A stretch of DNA of 64,000 nt from Gammaproteobacteria bacterium (GTDB taxonomy: Bacteria > Pseudomonadota > Gammaproteobacteria > UBA4575). Both the position numbers and the translations under genes were made by a program. This document shows, piece after piece, positions 48,309-58,705 of this stretch; the stretch's first letter is position 1, and the number at the start of each line of letters is the position of its first letter. The stretch spans positions 1,562,979 to 1,626,978 of the forward strand of contig OZ244849.1 in NCBI GenBank assembly GCA_965220875.1. Direction: 5' to 3'. The notes under the pieces were generated by a model that worked only from the letters and a program-made list of their open reading frames with translations, was not told the origin of the DNA and did not search any database.

Positions 48309-50969
48309 TCAAGCCGCCAACTGGCGCAGCACGTAGTGCAGTATGCCTCCATTGCGGTAGTACTCGACCTCTTGCGGGGTATCGATACGCACGATCGTCT
48401 GGAAAGTCCTGTCCGCACCGTCGTCACAGGACACGGTGACAGTGACCTGCCTGGCTGAACCGTTCTGCAGGCCGCTTATGCTGTATCGCTCCATGCCGGT
48501 CAGCCCGAGGCTCTCTGCATTTTCACCAGGTTCATACTGTAAGGGCAGCACACCCATGCCCACCAGGTTTGACCTGTGGATTCTTTCGTAGCTTTCGGCA
48601 ATCACCGCCCTTACGCCCAGCAGGTTTGGTCCCTTGGCAGCCCAGTCCCTGGACGACCCGCACCCGTATTCCTTGCCAGCCAGGATAATGACCGGGGTAC
48701 CTTCTTGCCTGTAGCGCATGGCGGCCTCATAGATCGAGGCCTGTTCTCCGGAAGGTATATGCAAGGTGACACCTCCCTCTGAGCCGGGGACAAGCTTGTT
48801 TCGCAAACGTATGTTTGCAAATGTGCCCCGCATCATGACGTGGTGATTACCCCGCCGGGATCCGTAGGAATTGAAATCAGCAGGGGTCACTCCCTGGCTC
48901 TGCAGGTACAGTCCCGCCGGACTGTCCGGGGCAATTGCGCCTGCGGGCGATATATGGTCCGTGGTGACGGAGTCCCCCAGGTGCGCCAGTATACGTGCGT
49001 TCTGGATGTCTGCGATCTCTTCAACCATCTTGCCCATGCCTTCAAAATATGGGGGACTGGCAATGTAGGATGAATCCTGCCAGGAAAAGAACTGGCTGTG
49101 ATCGGCCGCCAGCGAATTCCAGTCATTTTCGCCGCTGTAGATGTCGTCGTAGACACGAAGGTATTGTTCTGCCGAGAGGAAATCCCTGACTGCATGAGCA
49201 ATTTCCTGCTGGCTGGGCCAGATCTCTTTGAGAAAGACCGGATTGCCCTCCGGATCTGTCGTAAGGGGCTCATTGTATAAATCGACATCCATGCGCCCTG
49301 CAATGGCGTAGACGACGACCAGTGGCGGAGAAGCCAGATAGTTCATACGAACCAGGGCATGCACGCGGCCTTCAAAATTTCGATTTCCGGACAGCACCGA
49401 TGCGGTGAACAGGTTGCAGTCCTGGATTGCGCTGGCTACCGGATCGGGAAGAGGCCCGGAGTTGCCGATACAGGTTGTGCAGCCATAACCGACATTATGG
49501 AACCCGAGTTTTTCGAGATCCTTCATTACTCCTGCATTCTCCAGGTATTCGGTGACAACTCGTGAACCTGGCGCAAGTGATGTCTTGACCCAGGGCTTTA
49601 CTTCCAGGCCCCGCTGCACGGCTTTCCTGGCTACCAGCCCTGCACCGAGCATCACGCCGGGGTTGGAGGTGTTGGTGCAGGAAGTGATGGCAGCAATCAC
49701 TACCGAACCATCTGCCAGCGTGCATTTCCTTCCATCAATTTCAATTTCTGTACTGCCTTGGCTCGCTGTATTGCGTTCTTCTTCCATGGCCTGGCGGTCT
49801 CGCAGGAATGCGGATTTGGCGTCTTTGAGCGCAATGCGGTCCTGCGGGCGCCTGGGCCCGGCAAGGCTGGGCAGCACCTCGTTCAGGTCCAGATGGATAT
49901 GTTCGCTATACTCGGCCGCTTCAGATGAAGATCCACGCCACATTCCGGTGGACTGTGCGTAGGTTTCGACCAGCGCAACCTGTTCGCTGTCACGCCCGGT
50001 CATCGTCAAATAGCGGATCGTCTCCCTGTCGATAGGGAATATCCCGCATGTGGCGCCGTATTCAGGTGCCATATTGGCAATGGTCGCCCGATCTGCCAAA
50101 GGCAATTCGTCCAGTCCGTCTCCATAAAACTCTACGAACTTTCCGACCACTCCATGTTTGCGCAGCATCTCCACCACTACCAGAACGAGGTCCGTCGCGG
50201 TAGAGCCCTCGGGGAGACGTCCATCCAGCCTGAAGCCGACCACCTTGGGAAGCAGCATGGAGATTGGCTGGTCAAGCATGGAGGCTTCTGCCTCTATGCC
50301 TCCCACCCCCCATCCAAGCACGCCGACGCCATTGATCATGGTGGTGTGCGAGTCTGTGCCTACCACTGTGTCCGGGTATGCCTGCAACTTGCCTTCCACC
50401 CGCTTGGAGAAAATGACACGTGCAAGGTATTCAAGGTTCACCTGGTGCACAATGCCCCTGTCAGGCGGAATGACCTTGAAGTTTGAAAATGCGTTTTGAC
50501 CCCATTTCAGGAAGTTGTAACGTTCCCTGTTGCGTGCGAATTCCAGCGCGGCATTCAGGCTGAACGCCTGGTCTGAACCGAAGTGATCGACCTGGACAGA
50601 GTGGTCAATCACCAGTTCTGCAGGCTGCAAGGGGTTGATTTTGCCAGGCTCTCCACCGAGCCGTTGCATGGCATCGCGCATTGCGGCGAGGTCCACCACT
50701 GCGGGCACCCCGGTAAAATCCTGCATCAGTACGCGGGCAGGCCGGAATGCAATTTCATTAGCAGGCTCGGAGCCGGCCTTCCAGTGCAAAACGGCCTCGA
50801 TGTCTTTCGCCGTTACCGTGATGCCGTCTTCGTGGCGAAGAAGGTTTTCCAGCAGAATCTTGAATGAATAGGGCAGGCGCTCGGACCCCGCCAGCCTGCT
50901 GACATCGAAAACTTCATAGCTTTTCCCATGCACGTTCAAGCTGGACCGGGTATCAAAACTATTGTTCAT
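48309..50969 (-). CDS. acnA: Aconitate hydratase A
   Basis: QDFTGVPAVVDLA, DSHTT, ITSCTNTSNP, GCTTCIGNSG, GSSRDWAAKG. Confidence 0.98.
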   Translation of the reverse strand: MNNSFDTRSSLNVHGKSYEVFDVSRLAGSERLPYSFKILLENLLRHEDGITVTAKDIEAVLHWKAGSEPANEIAFRPARVLMQDFTGVPAVVDLAAMRDAMQRLGGEPGKINPLQPAELVIDHSVQVDHFGSDQAFSLNAALEFARNRERYNFLKWGQNAFSNFKVIPPDRGIVHQVNLEYLARVIFSKRVEGKLQAYPDTVVGTDSHTTMINGVGVLGWGVGGIEAEASMLDQPISMLLPKVVGFRLDGRLPEGSTATDLVLVVVEMLRKHGVVGKFVEFYGDGLDELPLADRATIANMAPEYGATCGIFPIDRETIRYLTMTGRDSEQVALVETYAQSTGMWRGSSSEAAEYSEHIHLDLNEVLPSLAGPRRPQDRIALKDAKSAFLRDRQAMEEERNTASQGSTEIEIDGRKCTLADGSVVIAAITSCTNTSNPGVMLGAGLVARKAVQRGLEVKPWVKTSLAPGSRVVTEYLENAGVMKDLEKLGFHNVGYGCTTCIGNSGPLPDPVASAIQDCNLFTASVLSGNRNFEGRVHALVRMNYLASPPLVVVYAIAGRMDVDLYNEPLTTDPEGNPVFLKEIWPSQQEIAHAVRDFLSAEQYLRVYDDIYSGENDWNSLAADHSQFFSWQDSSYIASPPYFEGMGKMVEEIADIQNARILAHLGDSVTTDHISPAGAIAPDSPAGLYLQSQGVTPADFNSYGSRRGNHHVMMRGTFANIRLRNKLVPGSEGGVTLHIPSGEQASIYEAAMRYRQEGTPVIILAGKEYGCGSSRDWAAKGPNLLGVRAVIAESYERIHRSNLVGMGVLPLQYEPGENAESLGLTGMERYSISGLQNGSARQVTVTVSCDDGADRTFQTIVRIDTPQEVEYYRNGGILHYVLRQLAA

Positions 50970-51073
50970 GCGGGCTCCTTATGCAATCGGAATGGATGGG
51001 CGAAGGTTTCAGGGGCGACAATTATCTGGCAATCGAGTGCTGCAGGGAACTACCTTCAAGTGATAACCGGACA

Positions 51074-51697
51074 CTAGCCACCCTGTTTCAGGATAGCAAT
51101 GTTGCTGAGGATCGAGGAACGTCCAAACAGCAAAGCCAGGCGTTTCCCCCTGGCTTGTCTCCAGAGGACAACAGCACGAATGCCTGCCAGCAGCAAGGCC
51201 CGGATCATGTCCGCACAATTTTCCAGCTTCAGGTACCCGGGGTCACCTTCAATGATGATTTTAGGTCCCAGGGGGCTGATGTGGGTTTGATACAATCTGG
51301 CAAGGTCATGTGCCAGGGCGGTCAAGGATTCATCCCTGCTGGCATGCAGGGCTGCAACATGCTCGATATCATTGCGCAGGGCAGTAACAGTCTGCGCATC
51401 GGCTTGCAGCCTGCTTTCCAGGTATATGAGGCTGATCGCATGGCGGTTACGCTCGATCGAGCGAGGGTCTTTGCGGTTTTCCATGGTTTCCCTGAGCGTT
51501 TGCAGGCCAAGCTGGATATTGTGAGGCAATTCGTAGGTGTCCATGAATTTTTCCGTATCAATTTTCAGGACGCTTGCAAGAGAGGGTGCCAGGCAGGGGT
51601 CATTGGAACTGCCCTGCCAGGCGAGCTGTTGCACGAGAGCCAGTGCCTGATACAGGCCGGCAAGGGCAATCGTCTGATCTGTCGTCACGTTAAACAT
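51074..51697 (-). CDS. hflD: High frequency lysogenization protein HflD
   Basis: IALAGLYQA, IRALLLAGIRAVVLWRQ; downstream of mnmA. Confidence 0.93.
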   Translation of the reverse strand: MFNVTTDQTIALAGLYQALALVQQLAWQGSSNDPCLAPSLASVLKIDTEKFMDTYELPHNIQLGLQTLRETMENRKDPRSIERNRHAISLIYLESRLQADAQTVTALRNDIEHVAALHASRDESLTALAHDLARLYQTHISPLGPKIIIEGDPGYLKLENCADMIRALLLAGIRAVVLWRQARGKRLALLFGRSSILSNIAILKQGG

Positions 51698-51721
51698 AGG
51701 GAATGGCCGGTATCCCGGGAT

Positions 51722-52810
51722 TCAGTGTTTGCGCGCCTCGATTATGCCTCCTCCAAGGCACGCATCCTGCCTGTAGAATACCACGCTCTGTCCAGGCGCT
51801 ACGGCCCACTGGGGGTTTGCGAAGGCAATTTCATGGTAAGTCCCGTCGTAAGGGCCAACTGTGCAGTCCTGGTCAGGCTGCCTGTAGCGGATTTTGGCTT
51901 TCAGGTTTTCCATGTTGCCGGGAGGCGAGCCCGCAATCCAATGGATGCTTCTTGTCAGGATAGTCGAATGAAACAACGCTTCATGCTGCTTGCCCTGTGC
52001 CACGATCAGGCTATTGGCACGCAGGTCCTTGTCAGCCACATACCAGGGCCCTTCAGGCTGGTCCGCCAGCCCCCCGATCCCAAGTCCCTGCCGCTGGCCA
52101 ATGGTGTAAAACACCACGCCTTCATGCTTCCCCACGAGGTCTCCATCACTGGTCAGTATCGGACCTGGCCTGGGCGGGATGTATGTTTTCAGAAAATCCC
52201 TGAATTTCCTTTCACCGATAAAACATATCCCGGTACTGTCTTTCTTGTCGTGTACCCTGAGACCCTGTTGTCTGGCAATGTTTCGAACTTCCGGCTTTTT
52301 CATCTCTCCAAGGGGGAACAGTGATTTTTCAAGCTGCTCCTGGTGCAGCGTGTGCAGGAAGTAACTCTGGTCCTTGTCAAGGTCACTCGCTTTTTTCAGG
52401 CTGAAAGGTCTTGAGCCGGTTTCACACCGGACATAATGCCCGGTTGCAATATAGTCCGTGTCGAGGTTCAGCGCATAGTCCAGAAAGGCCCTGAATTTTA
52501 TTTCGCGGTTGCAGATCACGTCCGGGTTTGGCGTGCGTCCCGCCCGGTATTCCCTCAGCAGGTAACGGAAGACTCGATCCCAGTATTCGCTTGAGAAATT
52601 GACAGTGTGCAAGGGGATGTCGAGCACGTTGCACACCTGCTGCGCATCCGCGAGGTCTGCCGCGGCCGCACAGTATTCATCCTCATCGTCCTCTTCCCAG
52701 TTTTTCATGAACAGGCCCTCGACTTGAAAGCCCTGCCTGTTCAGCAGCCACGCCGCAACGGATGAGTCCACTCCCCCCGACATGCCGACGATCACCTTGG
52801 TCAAGTTCAT
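51722..52810 (-). CDS. mnmA: tRNA 2-thiouridylase
   Basis: GMSGGVDSSV, TPNPDVICN, KDQSYFL, DSTGICFIGER, PGQ. Confidence 0.98.
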   Translation of the reverse strand: MNLTKVIVGMSGGVDSSVAAWLLNRQGFQVEGLFMKNWEEDDEDEYCAAAADLADAQQVCNVLDIPLHTVNFSSEYWDRVFRYLLREYRAGRTPNPDVICNREIKFRAFLDYALNLDTDYIATGHYVRCETGSRPFSLKKASDLDKDQSYFLHTLHQEQLEKSLFPLGEMKKPEVRNIARQQGLRVHDKKDSTGICFIGERKFRDFLKTYIPPRPGPILTSDGDLVGKHEGVVFYTIGQRQGLGIGGLADQPEGPWYVADKDLRANSLIVAQGKQHEALFHSTILTRSIHWIAGSPPGNMENLKAKIRYRQPDQDCTVGPYDGTYHEIAFANPQWAVAPGQSVVFYRQDACLGGGIIEARKH

Positions 52811-52831
52811 TGCCCTCCCGTGAACCCGGGA

Positions 52832-53290
52832 TTACCAGTGCTGGTGAATCGTTCGAATCAGGTCCAGTCCATAACGTTTGCCATCGAGGTAGTCTTGCAG
52901 GCTGTGAGTGACCATGGTGCTCCTGAGCTTGTGTTCCGGCAGTGACAAGATCGAGTCAGCACTGCACCAGCACGCCTGCAGGATTCCGGCATCAAGCTCA
53001 TCACTGATACGTTCCTCACTGCACTGTCCGCACAGTGTAAATCTCAAGTAGGTTTCATCCTTGTGCGGGTGTTTCCAGCAATAAACCCCTACCAGGGCAT
53101 CCGGATAAAATTCCCAGCCGGTCTCTTCCAGGGTTTCCCGCCGGACCGCCTCGATCAGTGTCTCGCCCTGTTCCCAATGTCCGGCAGGCTGGTTGAACAC
53201 CGTATGTTCATCCACCCGCTCCTGAACCAGGAGAAATTTGTGTTCGCGCTCGATGACGGCAGCAACGGTAACATGGGGCTGCCAGTTCAT
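52832..53290 (-). CDS. nudJ: NUDIX hydrolase (NudJ-like)
   Basis: PHVTVAA, NQPAGH..GETLIEAVRRETLEETG Nudix box; upstream of mnmA. Confidence 0.88.
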   Translation of the reverse strand: MNWQPHVTVAAVIEREHKFLLVQERVDEHTVFNQPAGHWEQGETLIEAVRRETLEETGWEFYPDALVGVYCWKHPHKDETYLRFTLCGQCSEERISDELDAGILQACWCSADSILSLPEHKLRSTMVTHSLQDYLDGKRYGLDLIRTIHQHW

Positions 53291-53573
53291 GGATACAATG
53301 TACTCGATAGGCTCATCATGTGCTTGCGTAACTATATAATAAAAAGTGTTTTTGTGTAGCCTGTAAGGATCCTTGCCGTGACCGGATTCGGCGTCAAGCG
53401 ATATTTCCATGGACACCCGTACGCACTCGTGCATTCAGGCTCGATGACTCCCCGCAGTGCAGGCAAAGTGCAATTGCCCCGGTTTGGGCAGGCAGGTTCA
53501 TCATCCAGGCTACTATCCGCTTTGCGGAGACACCGGTTATACTATTTACGGTAGAAAATCTTGATTCTTAAGT

Positions 53574-53888
53574 ATGGCTGAGCAAGATCAAATTCTTCAC
53601 GATGAGAAGGTGGCTGTAAAGGATGCGAAGACTCGCACGCCGCCGATGTACAAAGTGGTATTATTGAACGATGATTACACCCCTATGGAGTTTGTCGTCC
53701 ATATTCTGGAGAATTTCTTCAAGATGAGCCGGGAAAAAGCAACACGCATCATGCTTCACGTTCATACTCGGGGCAAGGGAGTATGCGGTGTATATACACG
53801 TGAGGTCGCGGAGACCAAGGTTGCACAAGTAAACGAATATTCACGCATGAACCATCATCCCTTGCTGTGTTCCATGGAAGAGACGTAA
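53574..53888 (+). CDS. clpS: Clp protease adaptor
   Basis: [22 protein letters not shown]. Confidence 0.97.
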   Translation: MAEQDQILHDEKVAVKDAKTRTPPMYKVVLLNDDYTPMEFVVHILENFFKMSREKATRIMLHVHTRGKGVCGVYTREVAETKVAQVNEYSRMNHHPLLCSMEET

Positions 53889-53894
53889 CGCGCG

Positions 53895-56156
53895 ATGCTG
53901 AACAAAGAACTTGAATTCACACTGAACCTTGCTTTCAAGGAAGCACGCGAAAGGCGTCATGAATTCATGACGGTGGAGCACCTGCTGCTTGCCCTGACGC
54001 AGAATCCGACCGCGGCAGATGTGCTGCGCGCATGCGGGACGGACCTGCCAAGGCTTGCTCGTGAACTCACCGAGTTCATTCATAGCAACACGCCATTGCT
54101 GCCTGAAGGGGATGACCGTGATACACAGCCCACCCTGGGGTTTCAGCGCGTGCTGCAGCGTGCAGTATTCCACGTGCAGTCATCCGGGAGAAAGGAAGCC
54201 GAGGTCACCGGCGCGAATGTGCTCGTTGCCATATTCAGTGAACAGGAATCGCATGCCGTATACCTTCTTGGCCAGCATGACGTGGCGCGTCTGGATGTGG
54301 TGAATTATATCGCCCATGGTATCTCCAAGGTTGTATCCGAATCCGATGGTGATGCCCAGATAGAGGGCGAGTCCGGGCAGCGGAGGGATGGGCAAGGCCC
54401 GAGACCGCTTGACTGCTATGCCGTCAATCTGAACAAGCTTGCGGAAGAAGGGAAAATTGATCCGTTGATTGGCCGGAAAAACGAAATCGAGCGCACTATC
54501 CAGATTTTGTGCCGGCGCAGGAAAAACAATCCCCTCATGGTCGGTGAAGCGGGTGTGGGAAAGACCGCGATTGTCGAAGGTCTGGCAAAAAAAATCGTGG
54601 ATCAGGAGGTTCCCGATATCCTCAAGGGCTATACGATATATGTGCTGGACCTGGGAGGCCTGGTTGCAGGCACGAAATACCGTGGTGATTTTGAAAAGCG
54701 CCTGAAAGGTGTTTTGCAGCAACTGAAGGAAGAACAGCACGCTATCCTTTTCATTGATGAGATCCATACCGTGATCGGTGCCGGCTCCGCATCCGGGGGG
54801 GTCATGGATGCTTCAAACCTCATAAAACCCATGCTGGGTTCCGGCGAACTGAAATGTATCGGTTCGACGACATACCAGGAATTCCGGGGTGTGTTTGAAA
54901 AGGACCGTGCGCTGGCGAGGCGGTTCCAGACCATTGATATCGAGGAACCCAGCGTCGAGGAAACCTACCGGATCCTGAAGGGCCTGCGAAGCCACTTTGA
55001 GAAACACCACGGGGTCCGCTATGCGGAGAAGGCATTGCGTGCGGCTGCGGAACTGGCGTCCAAATACATCAATGATCGACATTTGCCTGATAAGGCCATC
55101 GATGTGATTGACGAGGCCGGTGCCAACATGAATCTAAAGTCAAAGTCTGATCGTAAAAAAACAATAACTATCAGGCAGATAGAGGATATTGTTTCCAAAA
55201 TAGCTCGTATACCTTCCAAGCATGTAACATCGAGTGATACAGAAGTGCTCAAGAATTTGGGACGCAACCTGAAGCTCGTTATATTCGGGCAGGATGCCGC
55301 AATAGATTCACTGTCCACTGCAATCAAAATGTCACGCTCTGGAATCGGCAATGAGAACAAGCCCATCGGCTGCTTTCTTTTCACGGGGCCGACGGGTGTA
55401 GGGAAAACTGAGGTTGCAAGGCAGCTGTCAATGATCCTGGGGGTTGAACTGTTGCGGTTTGACATGTCCGAGTACATGGAACGCCATACTGTTTCACGCC
55501 TGATTGGAGCCCCGCCTGGCTATGTGGGTTTTGACCAGGGTGGCCTCTTGACTGATGCCGTGCTGAAGTCTCCCCACTGCGTATTGCTCCTGGACGAGAT
55601 AGAAAAGGCGCACATGGACGTATTCAATCTGCTGCTGCAGGTGATGGACCATGGTTTACTGACGGATACAAACGGCAGGAAGGTGGATTTCCGCAACGTC
55701 GCTCTGATCATGACGACCAATGCCGGTGCCGTAGAGATGAGCCGGGCGAGCATGGGTTTCACGATCCAGAACCATCAGGCTGATGGCATGGAAATTATCA
55801 AGCGCACCTTTACACCGGAATTCAGGAACCGTCTGGATGCAATCATCCAGTTCAAGGCACTGGACAGGGAAACGGTGATGCACATTGTGGACAAGTTCAT
55901 TGCCCAGCTGGAAGCCCAGCTGGAAGCCAAGAAGATTGAGATTCGTGTTGAACCGGCTGCAAAGGAGTGGATTGCGAGCATGGGACACGACGTCAAGATG
56001 GGAGCGCGTCCCATGGAGCGCATCATACAGGAGCATGTCAAGAAGCCTCTTGCCGAGGAAATACTGTTTGGATGTCTGGAAAACGGTGGGAAAGTGGTCG
56101 TGCGCGCTTGCGAAGAGGGGCTGGAAATCGAATACCTGGACAGGGTGATGAATTGA
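53895..56156 (+). CDS. clpA: ATP-dependent Clp protease ATPase subunit
   Basis: Two AAA modules (GEAGVGKT, GPTGVGKT); follows clpS. Confidence 0.97.
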   Translation: MLNKELEFTLNLAFKEARERRHEFMTVEHLLLALTQNPTAADVLRACGTDLPRLARELTEFIHSNTPLLPEGDDRDTQPTLGFQRVLQRAVFHVQSSGRKEAEVTGANVLVAIFSEQESHAVYLLGQHDVARLDVVNYIAHGISKVVSESDGDAQIEGESGQRRDGQGPRPLDCYAVNLNKLAEEGKIDPLIGRKNEIERTIQILCRRRKNNPLMVGEAGVGKTAIVEGLAKKIVDQEVPDILKGYTIYVLDLGGLVAGTKYRGDFEKRLKGVLQQLKEEQHAILFIDEIHTVIGAGSASGGVMDASNLIKPMLGSGELKCIGSTTYQEFRGVFEKDRALARRFQTIDIEEPSVEETYRILKGLRSHFEKHHGVRYAEKALRAAAELASKYINDRHLPDKAIDVIDEAGANMNLKSKSDRKKTITIRQIEDIVSKIARIPSKHVTSSDTEVLKNLGRNLKLVIFGQDAAIDSLSTAIKMSRSGIGNENKPIGCFLFTGPTGVGKTEVARQLSMILGVELLRFDMSEYMERHTVSRLIGAPPGYVGFDQGGLLTDAVLKSPHCVLLLDEIEKAHMDVFNLLLQVMDHGLLTDTNGRKVDFRNVALIMTTNAGAVEMSRASMGFTIQNHQADGMEIIKRTFTPEFRNRLDAIIQFKALDRETVMHIVDKFIAQLEAQLEAKKIEIRVEPAAKEWIASMGHDVKMGARPMERIIQEHVKKPLAEEILFGCLENGGKVVVRACEEGLEIEYLDRVMN

Positions 56157-56175
56157 TCTTGTAGTATTGGCCGGA

Positions 56176-56394
56176 TTATTTTCCCCTGTATGTGATTCTT
56201 CCCTTGCTAAGATCATATGGAGTCATTTCTACAGTAACCCTGTCGCCCGTCAGGATCTTGATATAGTGTTTTCGCATTCGGCCTGAAATGTGCGCTGTCA
56301 CTATATGGCCATTTTCCAGTTCGACCCGAAACATTGTATTTGGCAGGGTTTCAATCACAGTGCCTTCCATTTCAATATGATCTTCTTTTGCCAT
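56176..56394 (-). CDS. infA: Translation initiation factor IF-1
   Basis: [11 protein letters not shown]...[16 protein letters not shown]...YDLSKGRI. Confidence 0.98.
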   Translation of the reverse strand: MAKEDHIEMEGTVIETLPNTMFRVELENGHIVTAHISGRMRKHYIKILTGDRVTVEMTPYDLSKGRITYRGK

Positions 56395-56507
56395 GCTGCT
56401 CCTTGGGAAGTTCGTAGGTGGTGCTCATTATCGTGCAACGAAAAAATAAAACAAGGGCTGCACGTATTTTAGTACAATGCGGAACAGGCTCCTTCCTAAA
56501 CAGTGCT

Positions 56508-57467
56508 ATGGAATTCGCATACATATTTCCTGGTCAGGGCTCGCAGTCGGTCGGCATGATGGGGGATCTGGACAGGCAATATCCTGAGGTAAGACAGCTC
56601 TTCGAGCTGGGCTCGGACATCCTTCAGCAGGACCTGTGGAAACTGGTTACTTCGGGCCCTGAAGCAGACCTCAACCGCACGGAAAACACACAGCCCGTCA
56701 TGCTTTGCGCCTGTGTGGCCGTACACAGAATCTTCCAGGCTCAGTTTCCAGGCTCCCCGCTGCTCGCAGCAGGGCACAGCTTCGGCGAGTATACCGCGCT
56801 GTCCTGTGCAGAGGCCCTGGAGTTTGAAGCCGCCGTTGCACTGGCCAGGTACCGCGGACGTGTGATGCAGGAGGCTGTACCCGAAGGCGAGGGGGCGATG
56901 GCTGCGGTTCTCGGCCTGGAAGTGGACTTGCTGGCCCGGATTTGCATGCAGTGTACGCAGGAGCACGAACGGGTAGAACCTGTAAATTTCAATGCCCCCG
57001 GTCAGACCGTGATAGCAGGTGACCGAGTCGCGGTATCCAGGGCGGTCGAGGCGGCCAAGGATGCGGGTGCCAAGCGATGTGTCCCGTTGCCCCTGAGTGT
57101 GCCGTCACACAGTACCTTGATGAAACCGGCTGCCGTGCGGCTGCGGGAATACCTGCAGGACGTCGCAATGCGCGCCCCACGGTTTGCCGTCATCCAGAAT
57201 GCTGATGTCAGGGCGTACCGCAGTGAAGCCGATATCAAGGATGCCCTGTACAGGCAGCTGTTCAGCCCGGTACGGTGGGTCGATACAGTCCAGCACATGA
57301 TCTCGCAAGGTATCGGTGCACTGGTCGAGCTGGGTCCGGGCAGGGTGCTGACCGGCTTCAGCCGGCGTATAGACCGTTCGGTGCCGGCTTATTGCGTCTC
57401 TGATCTCAAAAGCCTTGACCAGACTTTGCAGCAGTTGAATGCAATGAATGCCCTGGAACCCGCATGA
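56508..57467 (+). CDS. fabD: Malonyl CoA-ACP transacylase
   Basis: FPGQGSQ, GHSFGEY, SVPSH, SPVRW. Confidence 0.97.
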   Translation: MEFAYIFPGQGSQSVGMMGDLDRQYPEVRQLFELGSDILQQDLWKLVTSGPEADLNRTENTQPVMLCACVAVHRIFQAQFPGSPLLAAGHSFGEYTALSCAEALEFEAAVALARYRGRVMQEAVPEGEGAMAAVLGLEVDLLARICMQCTQEHERVEPVNFNAPGQTVIAGDRVAVSRAVEAAKDAGAKRCVPLPLSVPSHSTLMKPAAVRLREYLQDVAMRAPRFAVIQNADVRAYRSEADIKDALYRQLFSPVRWVDTVQHMISQGIGALVELGPGRVLTGFSRRIDRSVPAYCVSDLKSLDQTLQQLNAMNALEPA

Positions 57468-58201
57468 ACCGCCGGGTTGCACTCGTCACTGGTGCCAGCA
57501 GGGGAATCGGCAAGGCGATCTTGCACAAACTCGGATCCATGGGGTTTGTGGCGGTTGGAACCGCCACGACGAATGAAGGAGCGGGAAGGATTGATTCCGG
57601 GCTTGCCCAGGCTGACCTCAGCGGCAAGGGACTGGTGCTTGATGTCACACAAGCCGACTCGGTTGCCAACCTGCTCGATGAAATCCGGGACAGGTATTCA
57701 GCCCCTTATGTCCTGGTTAACAATGCGGCGATTACCCAGGACAATCTGCTGCTGCGGATGAAGGATCATGAATGGGATGCCGTGATCGACACTAACCTGT
57801 CATCCGCCTACAGGCTGACACGTGCATGCCTGAGAGACATGATCAAAATGCGGGGTGGGCGTGTCGTGAACATTACTTCGGTCACGGCTTTCTCCGGAAA
57901 TGCGGGTCAGGCCAATTATGTTGCCGCGAAGGCGGGCGTTGTGGGCTTTACGAAATCTCTTGCACTGGAGGTTGCTTCAAGAGGGATCACGGTGAATGCC
58001 GTTGCACCGGGGTTTATCGAAACGGACATGACTGCAAAACTCGGCGAAAGCCAGCAGGCGAAGCTCGTTGAGAAGATTCCCCTGGGCCGTATCGGCAGCA
58101 CAGATGAAGTTGCGCATGTCGTCAGCTTCCTGGTTTCTGCCGAGGCAGGATACATTACGGGAGAAACGGTCCATGTCAATGGCGGCCTGTATATGGCATG
58201 A
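57464..58201 (+). CDS. fabG: 3-oxoacyl-ACP reductase
   Basis: TGASRGIG, GNAGQANYVAAK, VAPGFIETDM, VNGG. Confidence 0.97.
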   Translation: MNRRVALVTGASRGIGKAILHKLGSMGFVAVGTATTNEGAGRIDSGLAQADLSGKGLVLDVTQADSVANLLDEIRDRYSAPYVLVNNAAITQDNLLLRMKDHEWDAVIDTNLSSAYRLTRACLRDMIKMRGGRVVNITSVTAFSGNAGQANYVAAKAGVVGFTKSLALEVASRGITVNAVAPGFIETDMTAKLGESQQAKLVEKIPLGRIGSTDEVAHVVSFLVSAEAGYITGETVHVNGGLYMA

Positions 58202-58401
58202 TGAAAATATATAATAACCTGATTCAGAAATAACACATAACCATATAATATATATATAAATATATTTTCCCATAGCGCATGTGAGAGCGAAATCGCCATT
58301 TCAGTTCGTGTTAATAATGGCACGGGCATATTCTTTTCAATACAATATGCGACTTAGCCTGATTCAGCCTGTACAAATTTATCTAAAGAGGTAGCAACCG
58401 T

Positions 58402-58635
58402 ATGAGTAACATTGAAGAAAGGGTTCGGAAGATTATCGTTGAGCAGCTGGGCGTGAGCGAGGACGAAGTCTCGGATGACGCATCATTCGTGGATGATTTG
58501 GGTGCAGACTCTTTGGATACTGTTGAGCTGGTAATGGCTTTGGAAGAGGAATTTGAATGCGAGATTCCCGATGAGGAGGCTGAGAAAATCACTACAGTCA
58601 AGCAGGCGATAGACTACGTAAACTCACATCAATAG
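58402..58635 (+). CDS. acpP: Acyl carrier protein
   Basis: [20 protein letters not shown]. Confidence 0.98.
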   Translation: MSNIEERVRKIIVEQLGVSEDEVSDDASFVDDLGADSLDTVELVMALEEEFECEIPDEEAEKITTVKQAIDYVNSHQ

Positions 58636-58705
58636 AGCGTGTGCAGGGCGCAAGAAAGCATGCTAGGCCGTCTCGTTCCGGTTTCTGCTTGTAGATAGCG
58701 AAGAT

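Noticed and set aside
50981-52324. 447-aa plus-strand ORF
   Set aside because: Antisense to hflD and mnmA, which are well supported
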